Shown piece after piece: positions 8,399 to 17,342 of a stretch of 64,000 bases of DNA. Source of the stretch: Bacilli bacterium (lineage in GTDB: Bacteria; Bacillota_I; Bacilli_A; RF39; UBA660); NCBI GenBank assembly GCA_017406955.1, contig JAFQXM010000007.1, positions 144,729-208,728 on the forward strand, written 5' to 3'. A program made the position numbers and the translations under genes. The notes under the pieces were generated by a model. The model was not told where the DNA came from and searched no databases. It saw only the letters and a list, made by a program, of their open reading frames with translations. Numbering within the stretch: position 1 is the stretch's first letter; every line of letters starts with the position of its first letter.

Positions 8399-10819
8399 AT
8401 GTATCCACTTGGAAAACAATTTGAAGTAGATTATACTAGGGCTAGAAGTGATGATAAATCTATAGTACAAGGAAGTAACTTTAGGATAAGTATCATTACT
8501 GAGCGAATTGTAAGATTAGAATTTTCACCTAGTGGACAATTTATAGATAGACCTACACAGTTAGTTTCTAGAAGAGATCTAGGACTTGCTAATTTTAGAG
8601 TGACTCAAGATACAACTTATATAAATGTTTCAACCAAATATTTTGAATTAAAATACATTAAAAGAGCACCTTTTACTGGTACTAAAGTAGATCCTGCTAA
8701 GAATTTAAAAATAACACTTAATAGTAGAGAAAGAGATAGAAATAAAGATTGGTATTATGGACATCCAGAAGCAAGAAATATGTTAGGTAATATGATTAGT
8801 GTAGATATAAATGCTACTAAAGAATTATCTAGAGGATTATATTCACTAGATGGATTTGCTTCTATTGATGATTCTAAAAATAAAATAATAATGGAAGATG
8901 GTACATTAGCTAATCCACCAGAAGATCATATAGATATTTATGTATTTATGTATGATAAAGACTTTAAACAAGCTTTATTTGATTATTTTAAAATGACAGG
9001 TTCACCAGTATTAGTACCTAGATATGCATTAGGTAATTGGTGGAGTAGAAATATAACTTATACTGATGAAGATGTTAAAGAATTAGTAAAAAAAGCTGAA
9101 AAGAAAAAAATACCACTATCAGTAATATTATTTGATCATGATTGGCATTATAGAAATGTAGGAGATAAAAAAGATTTAAAGACAGGTTATACATTTAATA
9201 AAGAATTATTTAAAGATCCAAAATCTATGATAGAAAAACTACATAAAAGAGGTATAAGAGTAGGAGTAAATATAGATCCAGAAGGAGGATTTTATCCTCA
9301 TGAAGAAAACTATCAATATGTTAAACAATTTTTAGGATTAAATGACAATAAAATAGTATTATTTGATCCTCTAAATCCTAAACTATTAGATATTTTATTT
9401 AAAGTATTCCTACATCCATTAGAAGCATTAGGAGTAGACTTCTTCTGGAATGATTATAAAGGAGAAAAAGATATTCATAAACTATGGATTACTAATCATT
9501 ATATGTTCTTAGACTCAAAAAGAAATTTAAATAAAAGAGGACTAGTACTTGGACGTAATGGTATAGTTGCTCCTCATAGATATCCAATACTATATGGAGG
9601 AAGTAGTGAAATAAGTTGGGAAGAATTAAAAAAATTACCATTTAGGTATTTAAATGCTTCTAATATAGGAGTTAGTTTCTGGAGTCATGATGTAGGTGGA
9701 AATCATGGCGGTATAGAAGAAGGAGAACTATATATAAGATACTTAGAATTAAGTGTATTCTCTCCAATATTAAGATTCCATGGAGCTAGAAGTAAATATT
9801 ATAAAAAAGAACCTTGGTTATGGGATGTAACTACTACTGCGATTGCTGTTGATTACTTAAGACTTAGACATAGATTAATACCATATATTTATACAGAAGC
9901 ATATAATTATACAAAATCAGGAACTCCATTAATACAACCATTTTATTATAACTATATGTGGGTATATGATGATGAATTATATAAGAATCAATACTATTTT
10001 GGATCACAATTACTAGTATGTCCAATACTTACTAAAAAAGATCCAACCATGAATAGAACAGTACATAGATTCTTTATACCAGATGGTATTTGGTATGACT
10101 TTGTAACTGGTAAGAAATTCCCAGGAAATAAAAAATATATATCATTCTTTAAAGAAGAAGATTATCCAGTATTTGCCCATGCAGGTAGTATAATACCACT
10201 ATCTAATAGAAGTGATTATAATAATACAGGACTTCCTACAGACTTAGAAATACAAATATTCCCAGGAGTATCTAATACGTATACACTATATGAAGATGAT
10301 GGAATTACTTCTTTATATAAAGATGGATATTATTTAAAAACTTCAATTGATTATAACTACTTAAAAAATAACTACACAGTAATAATAAGAAGTATAGATG
10401 GTAAAAGTGGAATAGTACCAGAAAAAAGAAACTATAAAATGGTATTTAGAAACACAAAAGAAACTAATGATGTAGTAGCTTATTTCAATAATGAAAAAGT
10501 AAAAACAACATCATATGTAGATGGAAATGACTTTATAGTAGAAGTAAAAGACTGTCCTACTATAGGACAACTAACTATTAACTGTAAGGGTAAAGACATA
10601 GAAATAGATGCAGTTAGATTAATAAATGATGATGTTGGGAGTATATTAATGGATCTAAAAATAGAAACATATCTAAAAGAAGAAATAGATTCTATTATGT
10701 TTGGAGATCTACCCAATAATAAAAAAAGAATAGCTATTAGAAAACTAAAGAAAAAGAAATTATCAAAAGAATATATTAATCTATTCTTAAGATTATTAGA
10801 ATATATTAATGAATTTTAA
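8399..10819 (+). CDS. Glycoside hydrolase family 31 (alpha-glucosidase/alpha-xylosidase-like), cytoplasmic
   Basis: WWSRN, DHDWHY, GVDFFWNDY and FWSHDVGG motifs; no signal peptide. Confidence 0.85.
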   Translation: MYPLGKQFEVDYTRARSDDKSIVQGSNFRISIITERIVRLEFSPSGQFIDRPTQLVSRRDLGLANFRVTQDTTYINVSTKYFELKYIKRAPFTGTKVDPAKNLKITLNSRERDRNKDWYYGHPEARNMLGNMISVDINATKELSRGLYSLDGFASIDDSKNKIIMEDGTLANPPEDHIDIYVFMYDKDFKQALFDYFKMTGSPVLVPRYALGNWWSRNITYTDEDVKELVKKAEKKKIPLSVILFDHDWHYRNVGDKKDLKTGYTFNKELFKDPKSMIEKLHKRGIRVGVNIDPEGGFYPHEENYQYVKQFLGLNDNKIVLFDPLNPKLLDILFKVFLHPLEALGVDFFWNDYKGEKDIHKLWITNHYMFLDSKRNLNKRGLVLGRNGIVAPHRYPILYGGSSEISWEELKKLPFRYLNASNIGVSFWSHDVGGNHGGIEEGELYIRYLELSVFSPILRFHGARSKYYKKEPWLWDVTTTAIAVDYLRLRHRLIPYIYTEAYNYTKSGTPLIQPFYYNYMWVYDDELYKNQYYFGSQLLVCPILTKKDPTMNRTVHRFFIPDGIWYDFVTGKKFPGNKKYISFFKEEDYPVFAHAGSIIPLSNRSDYNNTGLPTDLEIQIFPGVSNTYTLYEDDGITSLYKDGYYLKTSIDYNYLKNNYTVIIRSIDGKSGIVPEKRNYKMVFRNTKETNDVVAYFNNEKVKTTSYVDGNDFIVEVKDCPTIGQLTINCKGKDIEIDAVRLINDDVGSILMDLKIETYLKEEIDSIMFGDLPNNKKRIAIRKLKKKKLSKEYINLFLRLLEYINEF

Positions 10820-10846
10820 AACTTAGTTAAAAACTAAGTTTTTTAA
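10820..10846 (+). terminator. Rho-independent terminator insulating GH31 from the downstream operon
   Basis: aacttagtt/aaa/aactaagtt followed by tttttt. Confidence 0.55.
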
Positions 10847-10856
10847 TGTCTAAAAA

Positions 10857-10886
10857 TTGACAATAATACCTGGGGGGGGGTATACT
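10857..10886 (+). promoter_or_regulatory. Sigma-A-type promoter with a G9 homopolymer in the -35/-10 spacer
   Basis: TTGACA (10857-10862), 18-nt spacer ataatacct plus nine G, then TATACT (10881-10886). SD AGGAG and ATG 10917 lie about 30 nt downstream. Confidence 0.6.
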
Positions 10887-10916
10887 ATATATAGTGTAAT
10901 AGTAGGAGTTATAGGT

Positions 10917-13900
10917 ATGAAAAAAGATGTAAAAGAAGTATTTAAGAAAGTAGTAAAAAAGACAAAAGAAATATTAAAAATGGATGTAAAAGATATAGTA
11001 AAAAAAAGAAAAGTACAAATATCTTTTTTAGTGATAGTAGGAATAAGTATAATAGCACTAGTATATAGTGCATTCTTTGCGCCAACAGCACTAAACAAAC
11101 TAGTAGCATCAAAACTATACAAATCTCCAGCAAATTCAGCTTTTAAAGACCAAAACTTCTATAACTGTGTAGTAGATGAATATAATACAGATAAAAGCGC
11201 CTCAGGCAAAGTAGCATATACGTATGAACTAAGTGATGAACAGTTAAGAACTGTAAATATGTTAAGCTGTAATGGTTCTGAAAAATCAGAAGATCAGAAA
11301 ATAAGTGATACAAGTGGTGTAGAAAAACTGACTAATTTAAAAAATTTGGAATTAATCTCTAATAATATAAGAAACATAGATTTAACAAACAATAGCAAAT
11401 TAGAAGACTTGTTTATCAGTTTCAACAAATTAGAGTACATAGATTTGTCATCAAACAGTAGTTTAGATTCAGTTTTTTTAGGAGGTAATAAACTGACTAA
11501 TCTTAGTTTGCCAGAGAATTTACGCTATTTATCTTTAGATACAACAGATTATGTTGACTTTTTTCCAAGTGTTAATAATGGTGGTATCAATAAAACTATA
11601 AGCAGAAACAGTCGTGAATTAACAAATAATATTGAATCACTTGATTTATCATCAATACATTCTCTGAGAGTATTGAGCGCTAAAAATATAGGTTTAAAAG
11701 AAATAAAACTAAATAATGAAATAAGTAACATTGAAATGCCAGATAACAATTTAGATAACAAGAATCTTAACTTATCAAATTTTCCTAATTTATGGCGTCT
11801 TAATGTATCAGGGACAGGAATTGAAAGTCTAAATGTATCAAATAGCAACAATTTAAAAGATTTGCAAGCCGTTAATAACAATATATCAAGCCTTAATGTA
11901 TCAGGCTGTAGTGCACTTAAAGAAGTATGGTTAGCTGATAATAATTTAAAAAGTATAAATTTAAATGATAATATTAATCTTGAAGAATTAAATTTATATG
12001 CAAATCCTTTAAAGCAACTAAATCTTTCAAATAATGTAAATTTAAAATCATTAGTAATAGGAACAGTTTTACCTTCAGATAATACACGTAAAACAGAAAT
12101 TACAGATTTAGATTTATCGCTACAAGAAAAATTAGAGTTAATTCATCTATACCCCTCAAATTTAGAACACATAAGTTTGAATGCTAACAATAATATTCAA
12201 ACATTTATGAGTAAAGAAAACCCACTTACCAGAAATGAGTTTATGGTCTTGTTTAATGAAAATTTAACAAATTTAGATATAAGATATCCTGGTTTTGAGT
12301 CAATTGATTTGTCAAACGTAATAAATTTAGAAGAATTAATAATAACAGGAGACAACAATTTAAAAAGTATAAATTTAAGAAATAATGTAGCTCTAAAAAA
12401 TTTGCAACTAGTATCTAATGGTCTAAACGATATAGATATAAGCCAAAATGTAAATCTCGAACGATTGTATTTAGGGAGTAATAAATTACATAATTTAGAT
12501 TTAAGTAGAAACACTAACTTAAAACATTTAGGTTTAGGAGATAATGACTTAAGTAGTATAGATGTAAGTCGAAACATAAACTTAGCAGGATTAAATTTAT
12601 ATAATAATAAACTAAGTAGTATTGATCTAACAAATAACACTGTATTAGAAGAAATTAACTTATCTGGTAATCCATTAAACAAAACTCAATCGTTGTTGCT
12701 GGGTAAAAAAACTATAATTGACTCACCAGTTAAGTTGCCAGAGACAAGTAATTTACCCACTAGTTGGTATAACACAACATATGAAGCAGAAGAAGGGTCA
12801 GGCGCAATCATAGAAGACAATAATGTTACTGCTAAAAAGTTAAAAGATTTTACTGTAAGAGAAGTTAATTCTAGGTATGCTGCTACTATTAATATGGAAG
12901 TGATAGCTTATTCATCAGACAAATATGATCTTAAAAAAGATTATATAGACATAGGTACAACTGAATTCAACATAGAAGATATAGAAGTTTCAGAATCATG
13001 TACAAAAGAAATTGTAACTGATGAAAATGGAAACAGAAGATTAGTAATTAAGTATGAGAATGAAGAAATAGGTTCATGGGATATAGTTAGTTATAAATCA
13101 ACTAAGTATAATTTGAATCAACCATATATACTTGTAGGATTAAATGATCTTAATTTGGATGATATAGAAGTATCTAATTGTACAAAAGAAATAGCTGGTA
13201 ATAAATTATTAATTAAATATGGAGATGAGATAAAGGATTATATAATCTTAAGTTATAAATCAGATAAATATGATTTAAGTAAAAATTATATTTATTTAGG
13301 AAATAATGACCTTAGTTTAGATAGTATAGAGACTTCTGGATTTGATAAACAAATAGAAGATAATAAGTTGGTATTAAAATATTATTTTGCAACAAAAGAA
13401 TATGATTTATTAACTTTAAGTTCTGATAAATACTTTATAAGTAAAACTGGAATATATTATGGAGAAGAACCTGTTAGTGTAGAAGAGTTTAAAAATAATA
13501 TAGAAACAGATTTAGAGATAAAAGTATTTAGAAATGATGTAGAGTTAACTACAGGAAATATTAGTTATGGAGATGTAGTAAAAGTATATAGTAATACATA
13601 TGGAGAAGTACATAGTTATACATTAGTAGAGGAATATTTAGATGTAAGTAAACTGGATATAGATAATAATGTAATAGAGAAAGTTAAAGTAGGAGATAGT
13701 TTTAAAGACATAAAAGACAAAATAGATACAACTGGTACTATAAAACTAATAGATAAAGATAATAACGAAGTAGAAGATACAACAGGAAGAAGTTTAAGAA
13801 CAGGAGATACAATAAGAATAGAATTAAGTAATGAAGTAGAAGAGTATCAAATAAGTATTAGTGGAGATGTAAATGGATCTGGTAAAATAGATGTTGGAGA

Positions 13901-14054
13901 TTTATCAAAAGTATTAACAGATGTAATGGATGTAGAGAAGATAGAAGGAGAATGTTATCAAAAAGCAGCAGACTACAATGAAGATGGAAGACTAGGTGTA
14001 GGAGATTTATCAAAACTATTAACAAAACTAATGGGAGGTGAGAGTAATGAATAA
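10917..14054 (+). CDS. Leucine-rich-repeat surface protein with C-terminal dockerin module
   Basis: Lys-rich N-terminus plus hydrophobic signal/anchor. About 20 tandem 22-aa LRRs (LxxLxxLxLxxNxLxxIDLSxN), four ~55-aa repeats, and a dockerin-type duplicated Ca-binding segment. The first loop (GDVNGSGKIDVGDLSKV) and the second (DYNEDGRLGVGDLSKL) are about 20 aa apart. SD aggag 8 nt upstream. Confidence 0.8.
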   Translation: MKKDVKEVFKKVVKKTKEILKMDVKDIVKKRKVQISFLVIVGISIIALVYSAFFAPTALNKLVASKLYKSPANSAFKDQNFYNCVVDEYNTDKSASGKVAYTYELSDEQLRTVNMLSCNGSEKSEDQKISDTSGVEKLTNLKNLELISNNIRNIDLTNNSKLEDLFISFNKLEYIDLSSNSSLDSVFLGGNKLTNLSLPENLRYLSLDTTDYVDFFPSVNNGGINKTISRNSRELTNNIESLDLSSIHSLRVLSAKNIGLKEIKLNNEISNIEMPDNNLDNKNLNLSNFPNLWRLNVSGTGIESLNVSNSNNLKDLQAVNNNISSLNVSGCSALKEVWLADNNLKSINLNDNINLEELNLYANPLKQLNLSNNVNLKSLVIGTVLPSDNTRKTEITDLDLSLQEKLELIHLYPSNLEHISLNANNNIQTFMSKENPLTRNEFMVLFNENLTNLDIRYPGFESIDLSNVINLEELIITGDNNLKSINLRNNVALKNLQLVSNGLNDIDISQNVNLERLYLGSNKLHNLDLSRNTNLKHLGLGDNDLSSIDVSRNINLAGLNLYNNKLSSIDLTNNTVLEEINLSGNPLNKTQSLLLGKKTIIDSPVKLPETSNLPTSWYNTTYEAEEGSGAIIEDNNVTAKKLKDFTVREVNSRYAATINMEVIAYSSDKYDLKKDYIDIGTTEFNIEDIEVSESCTKEIVTDENGNRRLVIKYENEEIGSWDIVSYKSTKYNLNQPYILVGLNDLNLDDIEVSNCTKEIAGNKLLIKYGDEIKDYIILSYKSDKYDLSKNYIYLGNNDLSLDSIETSGFDKQIEDNKLVLKYYFATKEYDLLTLSSDKYFISKTGIYYGEEPVSVEEFKNNIETDLEIKVFRNDVELTTGNISYGDVVKVYSNTYGEVHSYTLVEEYLDVSKLDIDNNVIEKVKVGDSFKDIKDKIDTTGTIKLIDKDNNEVEDTTGRSLRTGDTIRIELSNEVEEYQISISGDVNGSGKIDVGDLSKVLTDVMDVEKIEGECYQKAADYNEDGRLGVGDLSKLLTKLMGGESNE
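12900..13600 (+). repeat. Four tandem ~165-nt coding repeats (protein-level ~55-aa module: SYKSDKYDL..NYIYLG.NDL.LD.IE.S.C.KEI) inside the LRR-dockerin gene
   Basis: Repeated peptide blocks VIAYSSDKYDLKKDYIDIG / VSYKSTKYNLNQPYILVG / LSYKSDKYDLSKNYIYLG / LTLSSDKYFISKTGIYYG. Confidence 0.6.
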
Positions 14055-15768
14055 GATAAACAAAGTAGTATTAACCATTACTCTAACCTTAATCTTAGTT
14101 TTAACAATAACTATAGTAATACTAAATAGAGGTATTAGTTATGCCGCAGGAGAAAAGAGTGGAAGTATAAGCATAAATTGTCCAAGTACATTATCATCTG
14201 GATCTACTATGACATGTACATTAAACGGATCAATTACAGGTACAAATTATAAGGGAGTAGAAGCAGATGTAAGTATAAGTAGTAATTTAGAATTAGTGGA
14301 ATTTACTAATTCAATAGATGGAGCTTATGGAGGCTTAAATACTACAAGATTAACAACTGCTATATCTACAGAAAAATCTGGCTCATTTGAAATAGGAAAA
14401 ATAAAACTTAAAGGAAAGTCAGGAGTAAGTGGAGTAACAGAACAAATAAGTTTAAGTAATGTAGAGTTTTCAGATTCAGAAAATCAACAAATGCCAATAA
14501 GTAGTGCAAGTAGAACAGTAAGAATACCATCAACTAATAATAACTTATCAAGCTTAAGTGTAAGTGGAGCAAGTATATCATTTAATCCAAATACCACAAC
14601 ATATAATGTAACAGTAAATGCATCTAATACAACAATAAGTGCATCTTTAGCAGATAATAATTCAACATTAAGTGGAACAGGAACAAAGAGTCTAAACTAT
14701 GGAAAGAATACATATAAAGTAAATGTAAAAAGTGAAGCAGGAGTAACAAAAACATATACAATAAATATCACAAGACCAGATAATAGAAGTACTAATAACT
14801 ATTTATCAAGTCTAAGTTTAAGTAGTGGAAAAATATCATTCAAAAAAGGTACTACAAACTATAATGTAAGTATAGGAAGTTCAGTAAGTAGTGTTAAAAT
14901 AAGTGCATCAATAGAAGATAAAAAATCAAGTTATGTATCGGGATATAATCCAAGAACAGTAAAATTAAATAGTGGAACAACAAAAGCACAAATAAAAGTA
15001 ATGGCAGAAAATGGAAGTGTAAGAACATATACAATAAACATTACAAAAGCAGGAACAAAAGCAAGTAGTAATACAAAGAGTGGTACAAGTAAAAATAATA
15101 CAACAAAGAGTAATACACCTACAAAGAGTTCAGATAATAAACTAAAGACTTTGTATTTAAGTAATGGATATATAAACTTCAAGAGTGACAAAACAGAATA
15201 TAAAGTAGATGTATCTAATAAAGTAAAAGAATTAGATATAAAAGGAGATTTATCAAGCGATAAAGCAAAAGTAGAAGGTTTAGGAAAACAAGAATTAAAG
15301 GTAGGAGAAAATGTATTCAAGATAAAGGTAACTGCCGAAAATGGAGATGAAAAAACATATACATTAAGAATAAATAGAAAAGATAAAGAAAGTAGTAGTA
15401 ACTTAGATAGTAATAACTACTTAAAGAGTTTAAAAATAGAAGGATATAAAATAGAGTTTAGTAAAACAAAATATAAATATGAAGTAGACTTAAAAGGAAA
15501 TAAAAGATTAGAAATAGATGCCCAAGCATCATCAAAAGATGCAGATGTAACAATAATGGGAAATGAAAATCTAAAGAATAAAGATAAGATCAAAATAGTC
15601 GTAACAGCAGAGGATGGAACAAATAGAGTATATACAATAGAAGTAAAAGAAAATCATAATATAATGTATACAGCAATAGGAATATTTATAATAGGATTCT
15701 TATCATTATTAGTAGCCTTTGCCTATAAAAAGAAAAAAGATTCTAATGTAGAGTATGTATATGAATAA
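14047..15768 (+). CDS. Membrane-anchored cohesin-domain protein with four cadherin-like beta-sandwich repeats and C-terminal TM anchor
   Basis: Signal peptide ending ISYA/AGE. A ~130-aa cohesin-like module (GVEADVSISSNLELVEFTN ... SFEIGKIKLKGKSGVSGVTEQISLSNVEF). Four ~85-aa repeats of the NNYLSSLS..TYTINITR type with a Ser/Thr/Lys linker. C-terminal IMYTAIGIFIIGFLSLLVAFAYKKKKD. GGGAGG SD; the start overlaps the upstream gene by 8 nt. Confidence 0.75.
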   Translation: MNKINKVVLTITLTLILVLTITIVILNRGISYAAGEKSGSISINCPSTLSSGSTMTCTLNGSITGTNYKGVEADVSISSNLELVEFTNSIDGAYGGLNTTRLTTAISTEKSGSFEIGKIKLKGKSGVSGVTEQISLSNVEFSDSENQQMPISSASRTVRIPSTNNNLSSLSVSGASISFNPNTTTYNVTVNASNTTISASLADNNSTLSGTGTKSLNYGKNTYKVNVKSEAGVTKTYTINITRPDNRSTNNYLSSLSLSSGKISFKKGTTNYNVSIGSSVSSVKISASIEDKKSSYVSGYNPRTVKLNSGTTKAQIKVMAENGSVRTYTINITKAGTKASSNTKSGTSKNNTTKSNTPTKSSDNKLKTLYLSNGYINFKSDKTEYKVDVSNKVKELDIKGDLSSDKAKVEGLGKQELKVGENVFKIKVTAENGDEKTYTLRINRKDKESSSNLDSNNYLKSLKIEGYKIEFSKTKYKYEVDLKGNKRLEIDAQASSKDADVTIMGNENLKNKDKIKIVVTAEDGTNRVYTIEVKENHNIMYTAIGIFIIGFLSLLVAFAYKKKKDSNVEYVYE

Positions 15769-15771
15769 AAA

Positions 15772-15808
15772 AAGAAAGCATTTTTAATTAATTGCTTTCT
15801 TTTATTTT
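15772..15808 (+). terminator. Rho-independent terminator after the cohesin gene
   Basis: gaaagca...tgctttc hairpin followed by ttttatttt. Confidence 0.5.
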
Positions 15809-15810
15809 GA

Positions 15811-15870
15811 AAAAATTTCCAAAACTTGTCGATTTTTAGTAGTTTTGGAAAAACATTTCCAAAACTTGAC
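15811..15870 (+). promoter_or_regulatory. Array of three copies of TTTCCAAAAC (direct, inverted, direct) upstream of the ATPase gene
   Basis: atttccaaaacttg at 15815-15828, inverted gttttggaaa at 15842-15851, and atttccaaaacttg at 15855-15868. The copies can form mutually exclusive hairpins. Confidence 0.35.
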
Positions 15871-15913
15871 TTTATATAAAAATTAATATATACTTAACAC
15901 AGAGGTGAAAACT

Positions 15914-17122
15914 ATGATAGAAAGAACAGAATATCTTGAGCAATTAAAAAGATTTAAAGATAAAGATTTAATCAAAGTTGTTACTGGTATAAGAAGATGC
16001 GGGAAATCTACGTTATTTGAATTATTTATAAATTATTTAAAAGACAATAATATAAAAGATGATCAAATAATAAAGATAAATCTAGAAGATGTTGAATATA
16101 ATTTTAAAGATTATAAAGAACTATATGACTACGTAAATGTAAAGATAAATTCTAAGAAACAATATTACGTTTTCTTAGATGAAGTTCAAAATGTTCCTAA
16201 ATTTCAAAAGGCAGTAGATAGTTTATATATCAAGAAAAATGTTGATGTATATATAACTGGTTCAAATGCCTATTTATTATCTGGCGAACTTGCAACATTG
16301 CTATCTGGGAGATATATAGAAATAAAAATGTTACCGCTATCATTTAAAGAATATTTAAGTGCTTTTAATACCAACTCAGGTAAAAGTTGGTATGAGTATT
16401 TCCTAGATTATATGAGAAATGGCGGTATGCCAGGAAACATATCTATTTTAGAAGATAATCCTAATGATTTAGATATGTATTTAGAAGGAATATTCACGAC
16501 AATAGTATATAAAGATATTATCACAAGAAACAACATATCAGATAGGACGGTATTAGAGAATATATTAAAATTTATCTTTGATAGTATAGGTAGTCCAATA
16601 TCAACAAAAAAAATAAGTGATACATTAACTAGTAAAGGAATACAAACAAGCAATCATACTGTTGAAAACTATATATCTGCCTTTGTTGAAAGCTTTCTAA
16701 TATATAAAGCTGAAAGATTTGATGTTAAAGGAAAAAATTTGTTAGCCAGAGATTATAAATATTATGTTGTAGACTCAGGGTTAAGAAGTTATTTATTAGG
16801 TAAAAAAGCAGATAGTGACATGGGGCATATATTAGAAAATATAGTTTATCTTGAATTATTACGAAGAGGATATAAAGTTTATGTTGGTAAAGTAGATGAT
16901 TTAGAAGTTGATTTTGTCGCAAAAAATCGAGATGGCTTAAAATATTTTCAAGTTGCTTTATCCGTTAGAGATGAAACGGTATTAAATAGAGAACTTAGGT
17001 CATTACAAAAAACTGGAGATCATTATCCAAAATATTTATTGACATTGGATATGGATTTAGAAACAGATTATGATGGAATAACAAAAATAAATGTAGTTGA
17101 TTGGCTATTAAGTGATGAATAA
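15914..17122 (+). CDS. AAA-family ATPase with C-terminal DUF4143 domain
   Basis: GIRRCGKST Walker A, hhhhDE Walker B (YVFLDEVQ), DUF4143-like C-terminal half. SD agaggtga precedes ATG 15914. Confidence 0.75.
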   Translation: MIERTEYLEQLKRFKDKDLIKVVTGIRRCGKSTLFELFINYLKDNNIKDDQIIKINLEDVEYNFKDYKELYDYVNVKINSKKQYYVFLDEVQNVPKFQKAVDSLYIKKNVDVYITGSNAYLLSGELATLLSGRYIEIKMLPLSFKEYLSAFNTNSGKSWYEYFLDYMRNGGMPGNISILEDNPNDLDMYLEGIFTTIVYKDIITRNNISDRTVLENILKFIFDSIGSPISTKKISDTLTSKGIQTSNHTVENYISAFVESFLIYKAERFDVKGKNLLARDYKYYVVDSGLRSYLLGKKADSDMGHILENIVYLELLRRGYKVYVGKVDDLEVDFVAKNRDGLKYFQVALSVRDETVLNRELRSLQKTGDHYPKYLLTLDMDLETDYDGITKINVVDWLLSDE

Positions 17123-17207
17123 AAATAGTTGAATTGATTATATTTATATGATAAAGTGAATATAGAAGAGAAATCTTCATAAAATAAAAGTGGAATAGCC
17201 CCATGGG

Positions 17208-17342
17208 TTAGGTTCCAAATAAATGGTTTGTCCTAATCATTCTTAGAAGGATGATTAGGGTCTTTTTTATCTCAAAAATTATTACTAACTTTATTTGAAA
17301 ATTAAGACAAATTGAAATTATAAACAAAATCAACTCATTCAT
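17208..17342 (-). CDS. Candidate 44-aa hydrophobic small protein (MNELILFIISICLNFQIKLVIIFEIKKTLIILLRMIRTNHLFGT), very tentative
   Basis: GGAGGTGAT SD 7 nt upstream of the ATG. Below the 60-aa cutoff of the ORF track. Reads through the terminator hairpin. Confidence 0.25.
   Translation of the reverse strand: MNELILFIISICLNFQIKLVIIFEIKKTLIILLRMIRTNHLFGT
17230..17268. terminator. Strong rho-independent terminator (bidirectional potential)
   Basis: cctaatcattctt/ag/aaggatgattagg followed by tcttttttat. Confidence 0.65.

Noticed and set aside
10850-12682. Four minus-strand ORFs (10850-11122, 10942-11133, 11549-11881, 12197-12682) antisense to the LRR-dockerin gene.
   Set aside because: They lie entirely inside a well-supported plus-strand gene and encode low-complexity Leu/Phe/Ile/Lys strings typical of reverse frames in AT-rich DNA. 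They have no SD and no motifs.
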